The notes below the pieces were generated by a model. It made no database searches. It worked only from the letters and a program-made list of their open reading frames with translations, and was not told the DNA's origin. Of a stretch of DNA of 13,433 bases, positions 8,513-13,433 are shown one piece after another. Each line of letters starts with the position of its first letter. The stretch's first letter is position 1. Origin of the DNA: Promethearchaeota archaeon (GTDB taxonomy: Archaea; Asgardarchaeota; Lokiarchaeia; Sigyniarchaeales; SOKP01); assembly GCA_048941015.1 (NCBI GenBank), contig JBHLNZ010000077.1, positions 1-13,433 on the forward strand, written 5' to 3'. The position numbers and the translations under genes are program-made.

Positions 8513-8589
8513 ATGATGGAAATTTAGCATTCTCGAGGGCACATATGATAACAAATGATTATGTGTGCAAAATAATGCAGACATCCTGA
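8513..8589 (+). ncRNA. H/ACA guide RNA hairpin 1 nested within a box C/D K-turn; predicted 23S Psi2496 guide
   Basis: Lower stem GCATT 8527-8531/AATGC 8574-8578. Pocket CTCGAGG/GCAAAAT. Upper stem GCACATA/TATGTGT, then U.U and tandem GA.GA K-loop. ACA at 8581-8583, exactly 14 nt from the upper stem. Flanked by ATGATGG(A) 8513-8520 and (TC)CTGA 8584-8589. Confidence 0.8.
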
Positions 8590-8610
8590 ATTTAATAATC
8601 AAAAAATCCA

Positions 8611-8690
8611 CTACCCATAAAATGGGCTCTTGACTAAGCAATGGTATCTTCCACTGCAATGAAGTATGAGTCAGTACCCTTGGGCAGAAA
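8611..8690 (+). ncRNA. Candidate H/ACA-like hairpin 2 with a non-standard K-turn
   Basis: Lower stem CTACCCA/TGGGCAG, pocket TAAAATG/AGTACCCT, upper stem GGCTC/GAGTC. K-turn-like ACT-AA-[GCAATGG/CCACTGC]-AAT-GA-AGT. ANA-type AAA lies 15 nt from the upper stem. Confidence 0.5.
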
Positions 8691-8723
8691 TGATTATTTA
8701 CCCATAAAAGCATAGAAATTAAC

Positions 8724-8802
8724 GCCTAACACGAGAGAACTTTTTTGATATTTATGGTAAATCCTTGATATGATAAAAAAGTGTTAGTGTTTTTAGGCAA
8801 CA
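8724..8802 (+). ncRNA. Candidate H/ACA hairpin 3
   Basis: Lower stem GCCTAA 8724-8729/TTAGGC 8793-8798, followed by A-ACA (8800-8802). Upper stem ACTTTTTT/AAAAAAGT capped by a TGA...TGAT tandem GA motif. Confidence 0.6.
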
Positions 8803-8848
8803 ATATATGCCAAATAAAGAAAGATTCTATTATACTACAGAAAATATA

Positions 8849-9319
8849 TCATAGAAGACTGATACTATCTGAACTAAAAAGTTCCTTTAATTCCTTATTA
8901 ATCTCCCCTTTATCTTCTTGAAGATAACGATTCAATATTGTACTTATTCTTGAAGCATATTTTTTCATTAAAGCTCTTACATAACCAATCTGTACATTTT
9001 TATCTGTTGCAATGCACAAAACTCCTTTACCAACTTTTACAGAAAATATCATTCCCTTGAAATATTCTGTAATTTGAAGATCAATATCACCATAGCCTAA
9101 AATATGGCCCTGTTCTTCCCCAGCAGTAAAAACAGCTCCTCCAATCGCACCAATTTTTTCTACAGAGATGTCTTCTTCATTTTTAAAAGTAAATTTAGCT
9201 TCACTCATAATAGTTATTCCTGTATCATCAATAATAATAGCATATTTCAACCCAGGTGTACTATTGATAATATCACTTAATATTTTTTTCAATCTGTGTT
9301 CATCTTGTGAATAACTCAA
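8849..9319 (-). CDS. Roadblock/LC7 (MglB-like) domain protein
   Basis: TPGLKYAIIIDDTGITI, helix VEKIGAIGGAVF, and strands QITEYFKGMIFSVKVGKGVLCIAT, followed by NVQIGYVR; TTG start. Confidence 0.85.
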   Translation of the reverse strand: MSYSQDEHRLKKILSDIINSTPGLKYAIIIDDTGITIMSEAKFTFKNEEDISVEKIGAIGGAVFTAGEEQGHILGYGDIDLQITEYFKGMIFSVKVGKGVLCIATDKNVQIGYVRALMKKYASRISTILNRYLQEDKGEINKELKELFSSDSISLL

Positions 9320-9520
9320 AAGAAACTCACTTTTTCATATCTTATATTGTTTTAGACTTAATATTTTGATAACTAATTATTTAAAGTGAATGCTTAAATT
9401 AACCCATCTTCCTTATATACTATAAAAGTAATAGTTTAACTATAAAAATTTAATTAACTAAAAGCTTGCGCGTTTTTACAACATAAACATTTATTAAGCG
9501 AATTTAATATAATTGGATTA

Positions 9521-9877
9521 CTAAAACAATTCTTGATTTTTAATCAAATCTTTTAATGGTTTTACTCCATTTTTATAACTTTTAGTTTTTTCTAATAAAA
9601 TAAACAGTTTATATCTTTTACGCCTGTCTATATCAAATTTCAATTGTACTAAATTCGGATCTTTTATCAGATCTTTATTTTCTTTATTCTTTGACACAGC
9701 CCATAAAGCTAAAGTATTTTCATGAATCCAAAGTCTTTTTGAAATTGTTGATCCAATAGGAAAACCATTCCAGTCAGTTATAACTCCTGCTACAAAGTTA
9801 GGGAAATATTTTTTAATTCTGTGTAGAAAATAATTTACCTCAATCTGATTTATTAACCTCGTCGTTTCAGCTTTCAT
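9521..9877 (-). CDS. Divergent roadblock-like protein
   Basis: PNFVAGVITDWNGFPIGS resembles the roadblock beta-hairpin xxxxDxxGxxIxS. The remainder is poorly conserved. Confidence 0.55.
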   Translation of the reverse strand: MKAETTRLINQIEVNYFLHRIKKYFPNFVAGVITDWNGFPIGSTISKRLWIHENTLALWAVSKNKENKDLIKDPNLVQLKFDIDRRKRYKLFILLEKTKSYKNGVKPLKDLIKNQELF

Positions 9878-10070
9878 ATGATCTGACCTATCAAAAATCG
9901 TTATTAGATAGGATAGAATTGAAAAAATTAAATCATTAAATGGTATATTATGGTGATATCATTTTAATTAAATAGTGACAAGATTTTGAACGGTTCTTCC
10001 AATTAAGAAGAAGAATTAAATGCTTTAAAATTCTTAAAGAAGATAGAAATTCAAATATAATTTCGAGAGT

Positions 10071-11039
10071 TTATTCCTTTTTTTTTAATTTAATTCCGAG
10101 GTCTAAATTTTCAATTAATTCGGAGAAGCGATTTCTAACTGTCACTTCTGTAACTTGACTTATTTTAGCAATTTTTCTTTGTGTTCTTCTCTCTTTTGTA
10201 AGTAAAGAAGCAGCATAAATTGCTGCTGCACAAACTCCTGTTGGACCTCTTCCAGAAGTTAAACCCCTATCTTCAGCCATTTTAATAACTTTTTTTGCCA
10301 TTTTATGGCATTCAGGAGACAATTCTAATTCGGAAATAAATCTTGTTAAAAAATCTAGTGGTTTTGTAGGATTCAGGTTTAGGAGTAATTCCTTGGAAAT
10401 GAAGCGAAATGAACGTCCTATTTCTTTTTTATTTACTCGTGCAACTTCTGCAATTTCGTTAAGAGTCCTTGGAACTTTATACATTCTACATGCTGCATAA
10501 AGACTAGCCGCAGCAACCCCTTCAATTGATCTTCCTCTAATTAAATGGGCCTCAACCGCGTCCCTATAAATTTTTGCTGAACACTCCCTTAAATTTTTTT
10601 GGAGATCTAAATTAGAAGCCATGCGATCTAATTCACTAAGAGCAAATGTTAAATTTCTTTCAGTAGCATCTGAAACTCTAATTCTGCTCTGCCATTTTCT
10701 TAATCGATATATTTGACCCCTTAATTTCGCGGGTATCTCTTTTCCAAATATATCTCGATTTTTCCAATCAATCATTGTACTTAATCCTTTATCATGAATC
10801 ATATAAGTCATTGGAGCACCCGTTCTTGTTCTTTTTTTCTTCTGATCAGCATCAAATGCACGCCATTCAGGACCGTGGTCAATATGATTTTCGGAATGAA
10901 CTAAACCACATTCCTCACAAACCAATAATCCTCTATTTTCATCATGTAATATACTTTTACCGCATTCGGTACAGATATTACTCTCCAAATTTCGCTTCTC
11001 TTTAATGATGGTTTTAGTTTCATTCCAGCTCGAAATCAT
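10071..11039 (-). CDS. tfb: Transcription initiation factor IIB
   Basis: Zn ribbon CTEC...CEECG, B-reader [17 protein letters not shown], and two cyclin repeats ([23 protein letters not shown]). Confidence 0.98.
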   Translation of the reverse strand: MISSWNETKTIIKEKRNLESNICTECGKSILHDENRGLLVCEECGLVHSENHIDHGPEWRAFDADQKKKRTRTGAPMTYMIHDKGLSTMIDWKNRDIFGKEIPAKLRGQIYRLRKWQSRIRVSDATERNLTFALSELDRMASNLDLQKNLRECSAKIYRDAVEAHLIRGRSIEGVAAASLYAACRMYKVPRTLNEIAEVARVNKKEIGRSFRFISKELLLNLNPTKPLDFLTRFISELELSPECHKMAKKVIKMAEDRGLTSGRGPTGVCAAAIYAASLLTKERRTQRKIAKISQVTEVTVRNRFSELIENLDLGIKLKKKE

Positions 11040-11086
11040 CTACACCCTTTTTTAAACATTCATTACTTAAGAAAATATAAAATATA

Positions 11087-11335
11087 TTATTTCATTTTAG
11101 CATATAATTTTAAGTTTGAGTCAATTTGAATTTTAGATATGTTTTTTATAGAGATAAAAGGAAATTTTACGGGACCAAAAATCTCTTTAATATATCCAAT
11201 TTCTTTATATTCTTCTGTAAATACTGATTTGTTAAGGATTTTTTCTAGGTTTTTATTCCATCTTTTGGCTCTAAATATTTCATGCTTTTTTGATTCCCCG
11301 AGATAGAAAAAATCTAACTTAACCCAATTTAACAA
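11087..11335 (-). CDS. gar1: H/ACA RNP component Gar1/Naf1
   Basis: IGYIKEIFGPVKFPFISIK matches the Gar1 motif G(K/x)VxDxFGPVxxPY. Sits directly upstream of tfb, the conserved archaeal arrangement. Confidence 0.88.
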   Translation of the reverse strand: MLNWVKLDFFYLGESKKHEIFRAKRWNKNLEKILNKSVFTEEYKEIGYIKEIFGPVKFPFISIKNISKIQIDSNLKLYAKMK

Positions 11336-11378
11336 GAGATTACCCTACTTGATATTTGAGATATACAATAGAAAATTG

Positions 11379-11403
11379 ATGGGTTATATTTAAATATACC
11401 CAT
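11379..11403. promoter_or_regulatory. Palindrome containing the probable TATA box of gar1-tfb
   Basis: ATGGG-T-TATATTTAAATATA-CCCAT: a perfect 14-bp palindrome with GC-containing arms, about 45-70 nt upstream of the gar1 start. Confidence 0.45.
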
Positions 11404-11614
11404 TTTTTTCCCTTTTTTATACAAATTAGAAAAAGTTCGATATTTGTTCAAATAAATGTCTGAAAATTACAATTATATTAACGAATTAGTTCATAAATTA
11501 TTATAGTAATTTATTAAAAAAGTACAAAATTCACTATTTATAATTATTTGATTAATATTTCTGATCAATCACTTTATATAATAATTTTTTACATTTTTGT
11601 GAATTCTTGACTAA

Positions 11615-12712
11615 TTAATGGTATTTTTTTTGTAAATGATATAAAATTTTGCAATCACATTTAGCAGAATCCTTTATCTTCTGAATATGGGTAATATCTT
11701 GAGAAAGAACATAATTTTTTAGTCCTGTAATCATATTTTCATTACAATCTCTTTTCAAACAATTATGAATACCTCTTTTACTTCCTGCTCCTGAAGGATC
11801 AGATATAATTCTTGCATTTTTTATTCCTTTGATATCGCTGTTCGCTTTTATCAGACATTTAAATAACGAATAAAACCAAGGAGGGCGGTATCTATTTTGA
11901 AGCCATAAAAGTTCTACTAGTGTATCCTTTTGAATATTCGTAGGATTAATAGAAATAGTATCAACCTTTAAATCAATAAGTTTTTCAATTGAATTAAGGC
12001 AATCATCTATAGCCGCATATTCATTAAGAAATGGAGGTTTAAATAATAAATAGACTCTTATCCCAAATTTTAACTCTTTACAAATCTGAACTGTTTTTAA
12101 AAAATCTTTATATAATAATCCTTTATTTATATATTGATTTCTTATTTTATCATTGACAGTTTCAAGTCCAATTGCTATTTCAATATATTTATTTTTAATT
12201 AGATTCTGCATTGCTTCTAATTTTGCTTTTGAAATATATTCAGGTCTTGATTCCACAACAATTTCTTTTATTTTATCGATATTTGCAACTTTTTTATAGA
12301 TTTTTTCTCTAATTTGTTCTGAAATTTCATTATCATCAAAAAAGCTTCCCGAATTAAATATTTTCAATACATAATCCTCTTGATCTGAGTTAATTTGTTC
12401 TAATTTCGATTGAAGTACAAATTCAAATTGTTTTAAAATATTTTCGTGATCGATATCTTGTAAATAAGAATCGTTTATATATCCACACATAGAACACCCC
12501 CCTTTTTCACTTAAAGCCCAACTACATCCTTTTGTTCTTAATACAATTGCCAATTCTTTCCCTTTACCATTTAAAAGACGATCCTCTTTTATCCAAAAAC
12601 TAACAGGTCTATCTAAAGGAGGAATTGATTTCTTTCTCTTTTTATCCGTTGATTTTTTTCTTAAATATTTTACTTTCTCAACTAAAAGGTTCTCATCATT
12701 TAAGTTTTTCAT
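11615..12712 (-). CDS. Archaeosine biosynthesis radical SAM protein RaSEA (start may be 12712 or 12742)
   Basis: LRTKGCSWA...GGCSMCGY variant cluster motif, KIFNSGSFFD, VESRPEY, IGLET, YRPPW and RGIHNC; adjacent to ArcS. Confidence 0.92.
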   Translation of the reverse strand: MKNLNDENLLVEKVKYLRKKSTDKKRKKSIPPLDRPVSFWIKEDRLLNGKGKELAIVLRTKGCSWALSEKGGCSMCGYINDSYLQDIDHENILKQFEFVLQSKLEQINSDQEDYVLKIFNSGSFFDDNEISEQIREKIYKKVANIDKIKEIVVESRPEYISKAKLEAMQNLIKNKYIEIAIGLETVNDKIRNQYINKGLLYKDFLKTVQICKELKFGIRVYLLFKPPFLNEYAAIDDCLNSIEKLIDLKVDTISINPTNIQKDTLVELLWLQNRYRPPWFYSLFKCLIKANSDIKGIKNARIISDPSGAGSKRGIHNCLKRDCNENMITGLKNYVLSQDITHIQKIKDSAKCDCKILYHLQKKYH

Positions 12713-13433
12713 ATATTTCAGCAATCTTTCCTGATTGTGCATTTTTTATATAATTCGACCCTACTAACATCTTTACAACAGCTATAATTTTCTTTCTGCT
12801 CTTGTTTAATACGAAGGCATAATTATTTGGAATAAGATCAAGACTATAATCTATTATTCCAGGGCGAAATAATGTATTTCCACTGATTTCATCTCCATCG
12901 AATATTAAGCTATTCGAAAAATTATCAAATTGATAAATAATATTCGCCCCATTTAAACTCAATTCAATTTGTCCAATATCTTTCAAAAATCTTCCCAGAA
13001 ATTTATTTGTTGATTGTTCATATATTTCTAAACTTGAATCATTTCTAGTTCTTCTCATTATGATTCTATTTTTAGTAAACTTCATTCCATAACCTTTTCC
13101 AAACTGATAATCAATCACTTTTACAATCTTTCTATGCCATGATTTTAAAAAATCCTTATTTTTTGGAAAATATTCTTTTGGTATAAAACGATCTTTATAT
13201 TTTTCTATCAGACTCTTAAGGGAATCTAAAGAATTGCTGGAAGTGAGGTTTCTATCAACCTTAGTAAAAATTATATCATTTTTGACGTTATGTATAACCT
13301 TATTAATAACTTTTAGGTATCCATCCTCTTCAAAATGGCAAATAATTGGAATTTTAATATCGTATTTTTTAATTATTTCAATTAGCATATTCGCTGCAAT
13401 ATCTATTTCTTCTTCATTCCAATCACCTGTCAC
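12696..13433 (-). CDS. arcS: Archaeosine synthase ArcS, C-terminal part with PUA domain (5' end outside the window)
   Basis: VTGDW motif at the window edge, DYQFG motif, and PUA-like NTLFRPGII...IAVVKMLV; immediately upstream of RaSEA. Confidence 0.82.
   Translation of the reverse strand: MTGDWNEEEIDIAANMLIEIIKKYDIKIPIICHFEEDGYLKVINKVIHNVKNDIIFTKVDRNLTSSNSLDSLKSLIEKYKDRFIPKEYFPKNKDFLKSWHRKIVKVIDYQFGKGYGMKFTKNRIIMRRTRNDSSLEIYEQSTNKFLGRFLKDIGQIELSLNGANIIYQFDNFSNSLIFDGDEISGNTLFRPGIIDYSLDLIPNNYAFVLNKSRKKIIAVVKMLVGSNYIKNAQSGKIAEIYEKLK

Noticed and set aside
8441-8713. 90-aa - strand ORF
   Set aside because: No recognisable motif or SD, and atypical composition. The region is better explained by + strand structured RNAs.
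8730-8786. Hairpin 3 as a guide for the 23S 2449-2461 region (GUUA and CACGAG arms)
   Set aside because: Requires 17-nt ACA spacing and a mismatch next to the target, and the host 23S sequence is unavailable. Not supportable.
8500-8810. RNase P RNA, SRP RNA, tRNA, or SECIS/selenoprotein interpretation
   Set aside because: No GAGGAAAGUCC-type or other RNase P conserved regions, no SRP helix-8 motif and no cloverleaf. TGA read-through frames give no plausible protein, and the flanking genes end in ordinary stops after complete domains.
9887-10013. Short inverted repeats (CCTATC/GATAGG and TTCTTC/GAAGAA) downstream of tfb
   Set aside because: 6-bp arms in AT-rich DNA are expected by chance, and there are no box motifs or other support.
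10775-11005. 76-aa + strand ORF
   Set aside because: Antisense within tfb.
12696-12742. 47-bp overlap between ArcS and RaSEA
   Set aside because: Probably a longest-ORF artefact; ATG 12712 gives an ordinary short overlap.
1-13433. CRISPR array, mobile element or defence system
   Set aside because: No regularly spaced repeats, terminal inverted repeats, or transposase, integrase or nuclease motifs seen.

Overview
Very AT-rich archaeal chromosomal window, most consistent with an Asgard (Lokiarchaeia-like) genome; this is inferred from eS26, roadblock proteins, TFB/Gar1 and archaeosine genes. It holds housekeeping genes (eS26, which the ORF track missed; CDP-alcohol phosphatidyltransferase; TrmY; TFB; Gar1; RaSEA; partial ArcS). 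It also has a membrane-anchored wHTH regulator divergent from an ABC-2 exporter, a Ni/Co ECF transporter split into divergent MN and QO halves, and two roadblock-type proteins. The most interesting element is the unannotated 8510-8805 region, which reads as a cluster of up to three archaeal H/ACA guide-RNA hairpins on the + strand. Hairpin 1 has canonical geometry, and its pocket matches the 23S peptidyl-transferase-centre sequence around U2496 (E. coli numbering). It is also nested inside a box C/D K-turn whose D-adjacent sequence is complementary to the neighbouring 23S 2502-2510 segment, suggesting a composite C/D-H/ACA guide. Two conserved genes (eS26 and the ECF ATPase) appear to need ATT/CTG start codons. 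rRNA target sequences are recalled from conserved archaeal 23S and are not present in this window.
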